A stretch of 54,088 nucleotides of DNA from Bigelowiella natans CCMP2755 (GCA_000320545.1 ADNK01002456.1:1-54088); one strand, 5' to 3'. Positions 37,846 to 53,839 are shown, counted from the stretch's first letter. A program made the numbers and translations. The notes: generated from the sequence alone by a model not told the origin.

Positions 37846-40570
37846 TCAGGACGCGTTGATATACATCCCCAACCCATCACCGCTGTGATCAATCACGCAA
37901 AACAAAATGGGTTCCTTCGATTAATGAAAACTTCTTCGAAAACAAATTATAGAACAGCATTTGCTTACCCGCAGTAGTGAAGAAAATATGCGAGCTTAGA
38001 ATCTCTATTAATGATTAGAAAAGAAAAGAGACATTTAGTCTATATCTAAGTGAATATATTAGCTTCAGAGATGTAAGAATCCCCACCACACCACACCACA
38101 TGAGGGAGAAAATAATATACACTGAATCCAAATTACTACAAAAAAAGCTTCTTCAATTTTTTACCTAAAAAAATTCTCCTGTGTGTACGGTATTGATTCA
38201 AACTGAGGTTCGTTTGCCAATGCTCTATGCAAGCAATTCAAATTCCAGAATCTAGTGATAATGATGATAACGATGATGATGATGATAATGATGATGATGA
38301 TGGTGTATCACACATGTTAAGATAACTTAAAGGATGATAGTAATAATAATAATAATGAATGACGCCACCGTGATGATAGGAGCATACTACCAACCTCTCT
38401 CTACTACCACTGTGATGATGAAGTTGCCGCGCTATTCTCTTTCTAGTGATAGTAGTATAGGAGGAGGAGTAGTAGTAGTAGTAGTAGCAGTAATAGTACC
38501 TATGCATCGGGTACATAAGAGATGGAATGTGAGCAAATATAGCGTTGAATACCCTGTAGTGGCAGATAGGAGGGCAGCCAGGAGAGTTGTAGTAGTAGTA
38601 CAAATGCTAATATTCTTATCCTCATCCTCATCATGATCAATTGATGTTGTAATTACTATGCTTACCATTGCTCAGGAGGCCATTGGCCTTGAGGAGTTGG
38701 TCGTCTTGGCTCGCTTCTGATTTGTAGTAGTAATGAGAGAGAGGAAGAGAGGGGGGGGGGGGGGGAGGGAGAGAGAGAGAAAAGAAGGAGGAAAGATATT
38801 GTAACAATCAAAGGGTATTTAGTAATAGTGTAATGATGACGATGGGAGGCAAATTATAAATTTTAGATAACTAGATAACTACTTATTAAATAGATAAAAT
38901 TCGGTTAAGTTGACATTCATATTCTAGAATAGTAGTGGAACAACTACGAGCAACAACAACAACAACAACACCAATTTGCAGCTATGTCCGTATATTACTT
39001 TGCTAACATAATTTGTAGTACCAAACTTTCAGTAGCTAAATCATGCACTAATTCCCTCGCGCAAGTCACATACACTGCGACACAGGTAATATTGTATAGC
39101 ATATATTGCGCAATACGGAAATACCTTTTATATATCCCGAAATCCATTATTTTATTATAAAATTGCAACCTAATGATATTGCCAGTTAGTTAGTTATTAG
39201 TTGTCCTGAAAAACTCAAGTATTTCATTTCCTTTTCTTTTCCTTTTGATAATGAATTTTATAAGTATGAATGGAGTATAAGAAGATGATGGCAAAGTGCG
39301 AAAGAATTCTCTGGTTTATCCTCAAGCTGTAGTGATATCAGATAAGGTATTCCCTTCCAATTCTTTTTCTTCTTCTCTACTAACTTATACTTCGTTTTAC
39401 CGTTTTGTTACGGTGAAGTCTATCAGCAATACCCCGGAATTTATATATCTGTCATGGATGATGATGATAATGATGGTGATGACGATGATGCTGATCCAAG
39501 GGTTAGAATACTGTGAATAGTAGTACATGCCTATGATGATATAATTGTCACACTATGTATTATTACACAGTTGGATAACACGCACGTTACTACTACGATT
39601 CTCATCATCAGCATCATCATAGTCATCACCGATCTGGTACATCTCTAAAGTCTTCGTGATCTTTAATTGTATTCCCTGTGATCAATGATAAATAGCATAT
39701 CATATCATCATAAGATATATTACCACCACCACTACCTCAAGCCATATTACCTATTTCAGGTACAGCACCAAAGGCATAGCAGTGTTTCTTCAAGGAATTA
39801 TCATTATCACTATTCTGCTTCAAAAGAATAAAACAAACGATAGGATGAGGCATCATATCCCAACAAGAAAGCTATGATAATGACGACGACGATGATGAAA
39901 ATGATGAAACTACAACAATGACAATAATAAATGATAGTTAGTTAGTACAACAGCAGCTATATATGTAATCATCATCCACTTACAAAATTTGAAGGCAGTA
40001 GCAGATACATGTAGTATATAATAATAACAATAACAGCATTCACTCAATTTTAACAATCACTCAATCACTGAACCACTCATCACTCACCTTGAGATGGTAC
40101 AATGTTTCTCTCCACATATCGAATAGTGCACCTAGATTGTTGTTATCAGTTGTGGTGTCAATCTATCACCACTTGAGCATAATAATACCCTCATGTACTT
40201 ACTTACACTTCCTAAGATAACATCATACTAGGCTGCTGCTGCTGCTGCTATGGCAATTACTCTATTACCAAGATTTACGTTGACTACCACATCAAGATCA
40301 ACCTGAAGAAGAACAAGAAGAAGAAGAAAAAAGAAGAAAAATATGATTGACACACAACAATGATACATTGCTACTACTACTACTACTACAGTAAATGGAG
40401 AAGGAGACACATAAGCAGTGAATAAGAGACAGCAGCAGCACTCTTAATTCCATCACATCAGTATGGTATGTATTATTCAAACTACTACTACTACTACTAC
40501 TACTACTACTGCATGTGATTTGCCTTGCTGCTACAAGCAGGTAGTAGCGCAGCTAACTAAAGCAACAAGA

Positions 40571-40648
<78 letters not shown>

Positions 40649-40695
40649 GTTGATATTGATACAGCAAAAGCGCCGCTCTGGCTGAGGGACAACTA

Positions 40696-40779
<84 letters not shown>

Positions 40780-42491
40780 ATACTGCGGACATCTGATGTT
40801 GCACATTATTATTGTTATTATTATCATTATCATATGATGTTTGTTATAGTACCAAAATCGCACGCCTGATATCCGGTAAGAGCTCTCCGACCCACAATTT
40901 GGGAAGTTGCCATAATCTTGCAGTTAGGTGTTATAATAACAACATTGTTGCTTATCAACAAGGAGAGAGATCATAGGTATAATATGAGGAGGAGGAGGAG
41001 TAAGTAGTAGTAGTAGTAGTAGTAGTAGTAGAGTAGTAGTAGTACCTGAATACTAGAGGCACTCGAAGTCCTACCTTGTGCTTTTCAGCTGTCTTTCCGA
41101 GTATCTTTTTGAACAAAAAAGAGAGCAGGAGGTGGAAGAAGAAAACAAGTCGCTCTAACTATTCACTATTCATTCTAATACCATCATCATTGTCATTATT
41201 TTCTTTTCGCAACGTGTTATTATTATTATCATTATTATCATTATTATTATCATTATTATTATTACCTGCATAATATCGATGATTCGGACGTAGACATGAA
41301 CATTGCTGGAGTATGATTTGGCCACAACCTCTCCTTCCCCTCTCCCTCCTTCTCCATCTAGGAAACCACCATGAAAAGGGTTATGATGTATATATATGTT
41401 TTCATGATGAATAAAGGAGGATACGATACACTTTTTGCTTTATACTTTCTTAAGGATTAGTATTAGTAGTAGTAGTAGTAGTAGTAGTAGTGTGCTTAGT
41501 TGTTTATCTTTATCATCATCATCTTCTTCTTCTTTATTCCGTCGTCAATTTGATCATTGATCAAGCAACTTACCGACCATATCATCATCTATCGTTTGTG
41601 TTGTCTGTGTTGTTTGCTTTTATATCTTCTGCTTAAATAATAAATACCACTTGCAGTGGTCTTTTTCGCCTCTTCTTTCTCTATCAACTGCCTCCATATC
41701 GTTGCTAATTCGCGACCTCCTTTAAAGGGAACAAAAATGAGATAACACACGCACACGCACACACACACATATATTCACACTATTATTTGTTTATGGTAAC
41801 AACGTGCTAATCATCATCTTTGAACAAACACTAATATTTATTTCTATGTAGGCTTGATTATATGCTGTGACGTTGTTTTTAGAGGAAGAGGAGGAGGAGG
41901 ATAAAGGAACATTACAGTATCGATAGACAACTAAATAAACTACTGCTGGTACTTCCCCCCCCTACCACCACCTGTTGGGTTGGTAATGAAGATTACATCT
42001 ATTGTTGCCAGCTTTTTAGGTGGTGGGGGATAGGAAAGCCAACCAACAAGAAACAGTATAAAAGAAATAAAAATAAATAGCATTTAAAAATGAATTACAT
42101 TTTCATTAAATAATAATTGTTGCAAGCTTTTACTGCTACTATTTGCAGTATTTGGAAAAACCATCTTCGTCATCATCATTCCTTCACAATGACAGTTGTA
42201 TAAAGGAACCAGCAAGCACACACACATATACACACACACACACAGAGAGAGAGAGAGAAAGATTCCTCCTCCTCTTCCTCCTCCTCCTCCTACTAATAGT
42301 ACTACAACTAGTAGTAGCAGTAGTTGCTTGCACCTTAGCGTTCTTAATGATGGACTCTAGAAAAATGCTAACACTTGATGAGATCTCGCTCTATTAATAT
42401 GATGATGGTGATAATTAGATAATGATAATGAAATCATGGTCTTAATATTACTAATAGAAGCAAGATTTTCCCAATTTTCTTCACATTATTG

Positions 42492-42528
<37 letters not shown>

Positions 42529-43066
42529 TCTCATCATCGCACCCACCTTTGTCTTAAAACGCTCAGATTTCTCATCCTCAGGCCATCCAGCCACAGTTAT
42601 GATCGTACCGTCTGCCTCTTCTCTTGATGACGATGGTGATGATGATGATGATGATGAGGAGGAGGAGGAGGAGGAGGACCACACGATGGGCTGCTCCTTG
42701 CACTCCGCTAGTAGTTGCTTGATCTCTGTTTCGCGGCTACTCATCTGCAGCATTAAATAGTAGTAAATCACCACCATAATAATTCATCGGCTCTTTCTTA
42801 AGCAAGAATTTATGGCATAAGAATACGACGGCTGGGAATAGGATGTGAAGAGAACATATATAATAAAGAATAAGATAATCAGTTCCAATAGTAGTAACAG
42901 AAGAAGAACCAACAGCATCAGTACAAAATTAGTATAGACGAAGAGAGCATGATCAATGAATTGTTTATCAGTCTCACTAACAATTTCATCGATGTTGTCC
43001 ATGCAAGACTTGTCACAATAGCTTGGAGGAGGTGATTCACCTTTCAATACCCATTCTGGAACGTAG

Positions 43067-43105
<39 letters not shown>

Positions 43106-44494
43106 CAAAGATCATCATTGGAAACCAGAAGATCTCATCCCACCACTAAATTTGCTGCTACCGATGAAAGAAAGAAAGAGGGGTGATAATAAGCATTGAG
43201 CAACAGACTTCTCTTTTTGATGAATACATTATCAATGATCAATCATGATGATTAGCAGCCAGAATTTGTACCACCCGGTAGGGATTCCTTTGACTTTATG
43301 ATCTGTCTTGAAAAGTCTACAAACAATGTGCCATGTGTGCCAACAAACAACAGAATTAGATGTGATTATCATGAATGACAAGAACGATGATGACAACACT
43401 AGCTACACGGTCAAAGGAACAATGATGAGAATGATGTGAACAAGGTTGGAAGATATGCAGCACAAGCATATTTTGAACCAAGGTAAATGTGGAACATTCA
43501 ACAGCACCATCTATCAATATTTGATTACGTCCGCACTGCTACTGTTGGTTGCTGCTTCTACAATATGAGTATTTATTACTTACTTACTTAGTTACTACCT
43601 CTGGAATATGCATCTATTTCAGGGTCTAATATTGCGAATATTTTACCAGAAAAGACAACCGATGGAGTGTTGTTCTACCCAACAATTTTATTTAGTAACA
43701 ATCAATAAATAATAATAATAATGATGATGATGATGATAATAGTAATTAACAATAATAGCAGCAGATTTAGCAGATAGCGCACAACTGATTCCTACTGATT
43801 TTTACTGAAAACTACTAAATTATAATCAGTGTCGTCAGTCAGTCAGTCAGTCAGTCGTTCACTCATATGGTGTCCATAAGTAATGCTACAAATATGAACC
43901 TCCTTCTTAAACATAGAAGAAAGAAAGAGTCTCTAACTACAGACCCTGCTTTTTTTATTTTGGATAAGAAGAGACGTCACCAGAGGTGGTATTTTCTTCG
44001 AATTACTACTCTCGAGGGACATGATGGATGGAGGGAAAGAAATGCTGCTGTTTGTTTGGTTCCGCATGATGCTAAATTGATTATGAAGATGATGGCGATG
44101 ATGACGATGATGATGACGATGATAATGACGACGACGACGATGATGATGATGATGATGATGATGACGATGATGATGATGATGATTCTCAGCTACACAGGTA
44201 TCATCATCGTAGTGGAGTATAGGAAACGGACAGAATGGAGTCCTCAATCTTAGTTGTTTCAAATCATTATGAATTGGTCATGGTGGTGGTGGTGCAAGAT
44301 ATGATAGTAGTAGTGCTAGTGGTAGTAATATAATACCTACTGAACGATAGATCTAGTAAAGAAAGTCCACAGGTGAATGCCACAATGGTCAATAAGAATG
44401 ATGATGATGATGATGATGATGATGGAGAGGGGGGAAGCACACTATTAAGTGATCGCATCATTGACCGCAATGATTTGATCAAGTTACCAATCAT
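37846..44494 (-). CDS. Glycosyltransferase family 8 (GT-A fold), type II membrane protein, many exons
   Basis: Exons give RLWQLPKLWVGELLPDIRRAIL|VDLDVVVNVNL (DXD)|GALFDMW..., YAFGAVPEI, YINSGVLLID, WPPEQW|VFNAIF...YPMHR|FWNLNCL, YFLHYCG, in GT8 motif order. The 5' part (signal anchor FLLTIVAFTCGLSLL near 44370) and exact ends are tentative. Confidence 0.75.
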
Positions 44495-44940
44495 GATTAT
44501 GATTCTTCCTCCCCCTCCCCCTTCTTCTGCTGTTACGTTCTCCCTCCCCTCTCTGTTGGCTGTGGGTTATCTGGTAGCGATTAGCAGCAATAAGAACAAT
44601 GAGAACACGGTTAATAATAGATAAAAATAATAGGAAGTTTTCAAGTTAAAAATGTAACAAACTATCACCAGTCAATAATATTTTTGTGTATGTCTGATAA
44701 GTACATGCTTTCTTTTGTATGGATTTATGCTGCACAAATTATGATAGATATCACAAAAGATGAAACAATAATCCTTGCAACAATTATTTCCACTTGATAA
44801 TCCTGGACAGTGGTCTATCGGCATAATCTCGACATTTTTTGCCCTAAAAAGAATAAGTCGACAAAAGTCGGTCTGTCAGTTGTTCCATTCGTCGCCACGC
44901 CACGTAGCAACAAATAAGCAGCTGCCACCCAGTAATCATC

Positions 44941-45784
44941 ATGCTCCTCCCAGTAGGACAACAATTGGGCAGGGCACGCTCTCCATTGTTGCTTCCATGG
45001 ATGCTGTCATTGTTTTTAATAGTAACAATTTTGGTTGTCGTGGTTGCTCCTAAAAGCAGCAGTAACCCTATCATCAAATCTTATTCACATGATGGGGGTG
45101 GGGGTGGTGTGATTATGATGACAACCTCTCTCTCTGCATCGTTGATGCAAAGGAATTCTCCGTTCAATTCCCGAACTAACCATCTTAAGCTGAGAGCATC
45201 ATTACCACCACCACCACCACCACCACCATCATCATTATCATCATTGAGGGGGAGAGGCAGTAGAAGGAGTGGTATACCATATAGAGGCTCACCAACAACT
45301 AGGCTAGCAACAGGAAGGTTTATTTTTTCAAGCCGTGCAAAGGAGGAAGTTTTGACAGCTAGGGCCACGTCGTCCTCCTCCTCTTCCTCCTCCTCCTCCT
45401 CCTCCTCCTCCTCCTCCTCCTCCTCCTCCTCCTCATCATCATCATCATCATCATCATCACCGAAAACGGCAGTAATCGTGGGGGGTGGGTGGGCAGGATT
45501 TGGGTGCATGAAAGCCCTATCTGCCGCTGGTATTACATGTTATCCTTATCTATGCTATGCTCTAGCTTCTACATTTTATTTCGTATCGGTGTATGTCATT
45601 ATTCCATGGATGATCGATCATAATAGGAGGTTGATGGACTACTGCTGCTGCTGCTGTTGTGATTGTGTGTATAGGCCGACGATGTAGTGATGACTTGTAT
45701 GACAACAACTTAACTTATATGATCATTTTGTTTATTTGTACTATGCTGATTCATCATCATCATCATCATCATCTTCGTGTTATA

Positions 45785-45817
<33 letters not shown>

Positions 45818-47480
45818 AACTACAGGATGGCACGTCGAGTTAATGGATGCCTCTCCTGATCCTGCTTCTCTTAAGGGAGGGTGGAGAATCGAAGGAGGAG
45901 GAGGAGGAGGAGGAGAGGGAAGAAAAACTATCAGTAGGCCAATTGAACCAGGCTTTAAGGGTTTTTGGGTTCAATATCAAAACATCTATAAGTTAGTCAA
46001 AGAATTAGGCATTGCAGAGAGCGAAGTTTTTACTCCTCTCACACGAAGTGGCTTCTACACCCCAAACGGCCTCTTTGCAGAAGCTCCTATCTTTACCGAT
46101 CTTCCAAGATTACCAGCCCCTTTAGGTCAGGCAATATACACACTACCACTGTTTCGAGGAATACCTATTCAAGATAGAGCCTCTTTAAGTGGCCTTCTGG
46201 TGGAAATGGTCAGGTATAAGGCCTCTCCTGAATTATATTTGAAGTATGATAGAATGACTGCAAAACAGCTGTTCGATCAGTTAGGATTTAGCAAGTTTTT
46301 GGTAGATAAGTTTGTTTGTCCAATCTTGCTTGTTTCTTTATTTGCCCCACCAGAGGAATTAAGTGCAGCTGTTGTTATGGATATGTTGTATTATTACGCT
46401 ATGGGGCATCAATCTGATGTAGATGTGAGATGGGCTAGGAAACCCATCTCAGAAGCGTTAATACGGCCTATGGTAGCTAAAATTCAGAACGAAGCAACAA
46501 GGGCTAATATTACTGCCAATGTCAATGGCAATAGTTATGTCAAGGAAATCCTCATCGATGATGATGAGAAAAATAATGATAATTATACGGCCAAAGGAGT
46601 TGTTGTAGTTGATAAAGATAGTGGAAAAGAGAGATTTGTAGAAGCAGATGCGGTATGTTTAGCCGTAGGAGTAACCGGGCTGCAAAATATCCTGAGAGGA
46701 TCTCCATCTCTTTCTCAAATCTCTCCAGATCTTAGAAAATCCTCAGATCTACGAGCGATCGATGTGATTTCAACACGTATATGGCTTGACAAGAGAGTTA
46801 TGTGTCCATTCCCATCGAGTATTTTGGCAGATTTTCCAGAATTGGAAGGTAGTGGGGCGACGTTCTTTTGCCTTGATGTGCTACATGATGATCCATGGGG
46901 GGGGGAATACAATAATAGCCAGCATTCATCCAAAGATTCTCTAAACAACAACGACGGCAATAAGGATAATGTTCAATGCTGCTGCCACCAAAGAGGATCT
47001 GTTATCGCTGCGGACTTTTATCACGCTTCTCAGCTTTCTACTCTACCTGACGAGGAGATTATTCGTCGATTGAAAGAAGTCTTACTGCCTGCTTCAGTGC
47101 CTGATTTTGCAAATGCAAATATCATAGATAGTTGGGTTATGAGATTTCCAAAAGCTGTCACCCACTTTTCTCCCGGCAGTGCTGTATTACGTCCCCCTCA
47201 AGAAATCCCACAAGTAAATAACTTGGTAGTTGCTGGAGATCTCGTAAGAGATCTTGATCATGGTAGTGCAGGCCTCAGTCAAGAAAGAGCATATGTTTCA
47301 GGTCTGAATGCAGGGAATATACTCATTAGGCGACGATCAATAGCTGACCCAACATTAGCAAATGATGTTATACATCCGATCCTTTCCACAGAAGAAGATG
47401 AACCTCAATTCAAGCTTGCTCGAGATACAGTTAGCACTCTTGAGAGAATCCGTCAAACGTTGTTCCTTCCATTGTCATAA
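44941..47480 (+). CDS. Plastid-targeted FAD-dependent oxidoreductase (amine oxidase / zeta-carotene desaturase-like), 2 exons (44941-45529, 45826-47480)
   Basis: Hydrophobic signal plus Ser/Arg-rich transit peptide, dinucleotide motif AVIVGGGWAGFG, splice ALSAAG|WHVELMDAS, GFKGFWVQYQNI, LFAPPEELSAA, AVTHFSPGS, AGDLV...SQERAYVSG. Resembles the cyanobacterial/plant family. Confidence 0.88.
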
Positions 47481-48289
47481 TACTCTTTCATCATTCGGCC
47501 ATCAACAGGTATAACACTAAAGAAACAATGGAAACATATGATATGTCTACATATGTTATTGTATAAAATTCTACATTTCTAGAGTCTCAGACGTACACAT
47601 CAATCAAATGACAATTAGATAAATTCAAGTAATTTGTTTCGAAAGAATTTATGAGCCACCAAATGACTAGATATTTCTAGCGCGTCATGCTAGTGAAATG
47701 GTATTAATGTAATAGTCAATATAACAAGCTGTTATTGCTGCACAGACAATAGTACAGCTGATACATTATGATGTTCATTTCGCATATGTACCGCTGTATG
47801 GACGTCTAGACGTTACTAAAGTCAACCAGTCAAGGTCTGGTAAGCTACGACACATAGTGACATAATTTATCCTGCTAGTGCTGCAGCAGCGCACATGAAC
47901 ATCATGTGTACTTCTTGCATGCGTACATAAAGTACTCACTTATTAAGTTTAGAAGCTGTCGCATACTATACACCACTTCATTTAAGACACACGACATAAG
48001 TAGCATAGCATGGCCATGCTAGCATGTACGCTTAATAGTGACACACCGCTAATCAATCAACTGTGGTGTTACCATTTTGGCTGCCGTATATACTACATGC
48101 ATATAGGCAAATACTAATTTCAGCAGACAGTGCCGTGATCATTATTCCTTGGGCAATAATAAATGTACGTAAGGTGATTGGAAACAAGCTTCTTGAAGAT
48201 TTGTAAAGATATCTTATGGATCAAAAAGAATTTAAAGTCTACCCCATCGTCTTGTTCTATTCTTCTTTGGACTACTATCGGTCAGGTGT

Positions 48290-49134
48290 TCAATTTCTTG
48301 TTCCAAGCACCACGCTTGCAATTTCGTCGCAAAAGATCCGGTTTGCTGCTGGGGACATGACGCAACTACCATGTTTCCACCCTTTATGCCACAATACACG
48401 TATATTGCTCATGAGATGGTAATGATGACGTCCACGTTGTAGCAGTGGTGACGATGGTGGTGCTGGTGCTGGTGGTGATGATGAAGATATTAACGCTCTT
48501 ATTTGGGGATCTTTGTAATATGATGTTGATCTGCAGCTTCGTCTTGTTGTTATTGTTGTTGTTGTTGTTGTTCTTTTTCTCTTTCTTTGTCCGTGTTTAC
48601 ACTCCACCACTATCCCCTCATCATCTTCTTTATGCTGCTGCTGATTTCTGTCTTCTTCTCTTATATTTTCGTCGTAGTTCTCTAAGCGCTGTTGTTTGCA
48701 TATCTCTCCACGTTTTTGACAATCCACGATGTATTCCATGACTCTCTGATGATTGATTGAATGATGACAATGATGATGATTATAATGATGGCAGAAAAGG
48801 TTGGGAAAGCATTGATGAAGCAAGTCAAAGAATAGCACAGGAAAAAGGCTCACAGTAGTTTTTGGCTGTTATTATAAATTACTAGTACCATAACAACATA
48901 GTAATAATAATAAATATAGTTATCATCATTATTACTAACAACGCTCGCTAATACAGCTAGCTACTACTGTGCTCATGCAGCAAGAACATGGGAGTGCTGT
49001 TGGTACTCGATCGATCATTATTACTTGAGATGGAACAAAGGTGTCGTTCTCCGAAAGAATGATGTACGTATTCACGTGATGAGGAATGTCACTTAGCCAC
49101 AGTACATTCTATGTTATTATTATTATTGAAATCA

Positions 49135-49170
<36 letters not shown>

Positions 49171-49289
49171 GAAGAATGCTCACAGACCTGATACCATGTG
49201 AAGTGACGTCGCAATCGAAAATCAACGTTTGGATCTCTAACAACGAGTCTCTCTGTCACTAACCCTATGTTCATTAACCAAAAAGAAGG

Positions 49290-49321
<32 letters not shown>

Positions 49322-49453
49322 ACAACAACATCGATTACAATGTAAGGATCATCGATTAACATAGTTCTATCTATTATGCTGAACCAACCTAGAAACCCAT
49401 CAGGTGGCCGTGCGTACAAGAAATTCCACAACACCTAGAGCACCACCAGCAGC

Positions 49454-49484
<31 letters not shown>

Positions 49485-50480
49485 ATAACAGAGAATTAGC
49501 AGCAGAAGCAGGAGGAGTACGAGGAGGAAGATCAGTAACGTTATCAGTAACAACTCTCCTAGTATCTATCAGAATGACGACCTTGCTGTGGTGAAGGAGG
49601 AGGCACACAGGATCGATCAAAACAACTTTGCTGACAATAAAATACTAGTAACGATAGGATGAGGATATCCTTTTTCTTCTTCTTCTTCTTCTTCTTCTTC
49701 TTCTTCTTCTTCTTGTTCTTCTTCTTTCTTGTTCTTCTTGTCGCAGGTGATGCTTGACGTACCTTAAGAGTTGTGGCTTGTTATTGATGATCCATGTCAG
49801 GTATACAGAACCGATGGAGTGCCCCTTCAAATACACAAACACACACATACCGCATATACAATTCAATCACCAACTAAGAAAATAACAAACAAACTACAAC
49901 TTCCATCATCGTTATCATCACCACAAGTAGCAGCAACAACTAATACAATCTTCCAAATTTGATGATGATGATGACGATGATGATGATGATGATGATGCTG
50001 TTTATCACCATGAAAATTGCCTTTTGGTAACCGCCGTTTTTTTGCATAATTCTCCTTACTGTCTCTGCATAGATCGCCTGGTAGTAGTAGTAGTATATGG
50101 CATGCAGGATCATTTAGTTTTCAATCTTCCACCACCATTTCGAAATTGTGAATATGCTGTTATTAATACGCTAATATTTTCATCATTATTTACCGGTTCT
50201 GACATTAGACTGGATATCCCCAACCGAGGAAACCTTTTACAATATCATCGATGATGATGATGATGATGATGATGATTATGATTATGATGTGATGATGTGA
50301 TGATGTGATGATGTGATGATGTGATGATGTGATGATGCTGATAATGATGATAATGATGATCTACATACTCTGGACTCTCGATAGCAATCAATGTGCGTGA
50401 CCAATGTTCGGTCTTGAGAAGTTTCCATATTGTGTTCACGTATGGTAGCTACAACAAGTACAAACAGTATAGAGAGCACA

Positions 50481-50518
<38 letters not shown>

Positions 50519-52994
50519 ACACACCACACATGCTTTTACGATCAGATTGTCTAGAAGCTGATGAGACATGCATAACTTGTGCATGAATTTTCTTCTCTTT
50601 TTTTTTGCCCTTCTTAATACAGAATCTCCCCCTTTAACCCACTATATTCCCTGCTGTTTAATGTAAAAATGATAATAGTAATAATAATGATAATCATCAT
50701 TATCATCATCAACATCAACATTCCCACATAATGTGCTACAATTTGCCTACTACTACTATTACTACTACTACTACTACTACTACTACTCGTTACTACCACT
50801 CCTAATCCAATTCCATGAAGCAGAATAATGGGATCGTGAGGGGTGCTAATATTATTACTATCATATCCACCCCCTCCTCCTCCTCCTCCTCCTCCTCCTT
50901 CCTTTGTTCCCTGGTGCTGCCCCCTCCTCACCCAATATGCTACTTCTCCCTCAGACGAATATTGAAATCCAAGACAAACCAGCACAAGGGCCCCAATCCC
51001 CCATAACACTAATCATGCAGAAGGAATAATAGGAAGAAGAATGGCCATGAGAAAGGAACAGTGTATTACTTATTACTTTTCTATTATTTTACTAGATTAG
51101 GAGGTAACCGTTCAAATAGAAATTGCTGCTGCTGATGATGATGATGAAGTCTGTGTTATTATTTTTAATGGTATAACACATCGACTACTTTCCATGGCAA
51201 TGTAGAGGCAAAAGGGTTTCCACAAGCCTTTCACAGGCTCATACGTGAATCTGCAATAATCATTAGGAAGTAGTAGTATCAAAATAATGATCTCGATGAT
51301 GATAACGATGATGATGATGGTGATGATAGTGGTAATGATGGACACGGTGGCAACCTGAGAGAAGAAATCTCCGTATTCTTTCCTTCTTTGAAAAACAAGC
51401 AAAGATGATGGCCATCGATATACTCACCACCACCACCACCCTGTGGTGCAAATTGCTGTTTATCTTTATGTGATTTCCTTCGTTGTTGTTGTTGTTGTTC
51501 TTTTTCTTTTACTTCTTCACGGCATGCACGTTCCAGCTCATTAACAAGCAGCTCTAGTTCTTTTCCCGGCACATCATCTGGCTGAAAGAAATAAATCAAA
51601 CACCAGAAATAATAGAAGCATGGAACTAAGTGAATTTAAATGATGAGGATGATGATATGACATATCATAAAATCAACGTTCAACACACTACGAAGCTTAT
51701 CTTCCATGTCTAAATGCAGATAATCAGAAATGTAGTACAACTTGCTCGAGCAACATGGAAAGATCACATAGATGACGAAGAAGCAGAAAGATCACATAGA
51801 TGACGAAGAAGCAGAATAATAATTGAGTTATGTTAGCAATAAAGCAACAGCAGCAGCAGCAGCATGATCATCATTCACATTTCAGTATTATTTTCCTTCC
51901 TCTTTCTACCACAAACACAATAATAACAATGAAAATAACGGTGATGATGACTACTACCTACCTACCTACCTACCTACCTACCTACCTTTTCTGCCCCCCA
52001 CAGACCCCATGCAACCCATTCTCTCACATTTTCACGTAGAATTTCCTATCATAACAACAACAACAACAACAACTGCAATGGTTATGATCATGATCATGAT
52101 CACGGTCACAACGACGATGTGATAATGTCTGGGAAAGAACAGTACTCTCAAAATTGGTGGCGTAGTACGGATGATATGATGCATGATGGTTGTTGATTGA
52201 TGTACCTGGTAAGATACTTTGGCACGTCCTAGACCCTCCGATTTGTGATGTCCTCCTCCTCCTCTTACTCTTGTATCATCATCACCATCATCATCATCAT
52301 CATCATCAGCGGTAAACCGAAACCAGCTTTCAGTAAACTCCAGAACAGATGGGACAGAATTGAGGCACCTGCCATAGGTTTGTTGGTTGCAATCATCGTT
52401 GGTAATTGATTCATATTAAAACCAGGAATCAGAGGAAACAAAAGAGCTTAAAAATAACCATGAAGAAGCAGCTCATGAACAGAGACAACGAAATAGAAAG
52501 AGAAAGTTAGAGAAGTGTCTTTTCCTTTGTTGGAATGGAGTAGATAAGCGAGTAACGACAACGAAGGCCAGAAAAGAAAAGTGGTAGTAGTGTATAGTAA
52601 AGATGAAGGGAGAATCATCGTTAGCATGATGATCATCGAAGATACAATGATGTAACTCATCATACGGCTGCTGTATTCGCTGTCTGTCTACAAAATTCTA
52701 CTTCGCAAAGAAACAGTCTACATCACTTGAATACGACGGAGAATGATGTAGTACTACTTGTGACACGAATATCATCATCCCTACTACTTACTACCGTTGC
52801 CAGAGTAGGAGGCGGGCAGGGTTGCTGATACTTGGTGGTTCGTATAATGATCGTTGTAGTCTCGGAGTGAGTTGCAAGGCAAAATACGCTAAATATACAA
52901 CCTCCAACACTAGGATAATCTTGAAGGTTAAGTCACACAAACTAGCAACTGCGAGGACAACAAGAACCAAGCCTACAAGCACTGGAGAATGCAT
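48290..52994 (-). CDS. Alpha/beta hydrolase-fold protein with N-terminal membrane segment, multi-exon
   Basis: PIILLHGIGLG (oxyanion region), GHSIGS (nucleophile elbow), LIDPVCLLLH, NFLYARPP, LRRHFTWYQ, VLWHKGWKHG (putative catalytic His), and N-terminal MHSPVLVGLVLVVLAVASL. Confidence 0.8.
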
Positions 52995-53038
52995 TCTGGA
53001 AAGAGGACAGAGTAGTGGCAGTTGTAGTAGTAGTAGTG

Positions 53039-53076
<38 letters not shown>

Positions 53077-53839
53077 CGAAGAAGAAATGGGGTTGTTCTT
53101 CTTTCTTCGTAATCTTCTTCTGCTGCTGCTGCTGCAGCTACCGTTAAAATGTAGCCCTTAATCAGCAGTAAGACGGCCCTCCTCCCCCAGCTATTTCTTC
53201 TTCATCGTGATTATCATTGTTGATATTCTTATTATTTTTATCGTCTGTTTATCCGAGGTCTGTCTGCCTAGTCGCCAGTGAATCAATCGATGGTAGAAGA
53301 AAGAAATCAACCCAAATGTGTGGTGACGGACTCTAGTAGAAAACACCATTCCTCCCTCTATTTACCCTCTATATTTGTGCTTCGGTGCTACATGCACTAC
53401 TTCTGCTATTGTCCTACTACCTTCTTCCATACCCCCCCCCCCCAACAGGAGCAGCCTACGTGTCTGTACCTAGAACATCGATCGGTGATGCCCTTATTTT
53501 GGTCTGCCGACAGTGGTATTTTATTGAGTAAATGCAGGGGATTTCTTGCTACGTCGATCGTTTATTTGCCAAATACTCGTCCAAATCGCAATAGTGGTAC
53601 TACAAGTATTATTATTATTTCCTACATAATTTCCGATTTCCGTGTGGATTTGGTTCCCGCCGAAAGGTACTAGTAACAATAATAAGATGTATTTTATGCA
53701 TGTGCGTCAATGTTTCTTCAGTTGTCGTCGGGGATAAACCACCTGCATTGAAATCCATACGACTAAAATATCTCAGTCGCCGTTAATTTAATAAACAATA
53801 TCAGATACAAACCCTACCCTAGGAACAACCCAATGCGGT

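Noticed and set aside
53811-53823. accctaccctagg as a right-hand telomere remnant
   Set aside because: Only two imperfect units, in the wrong orientation for a right end.
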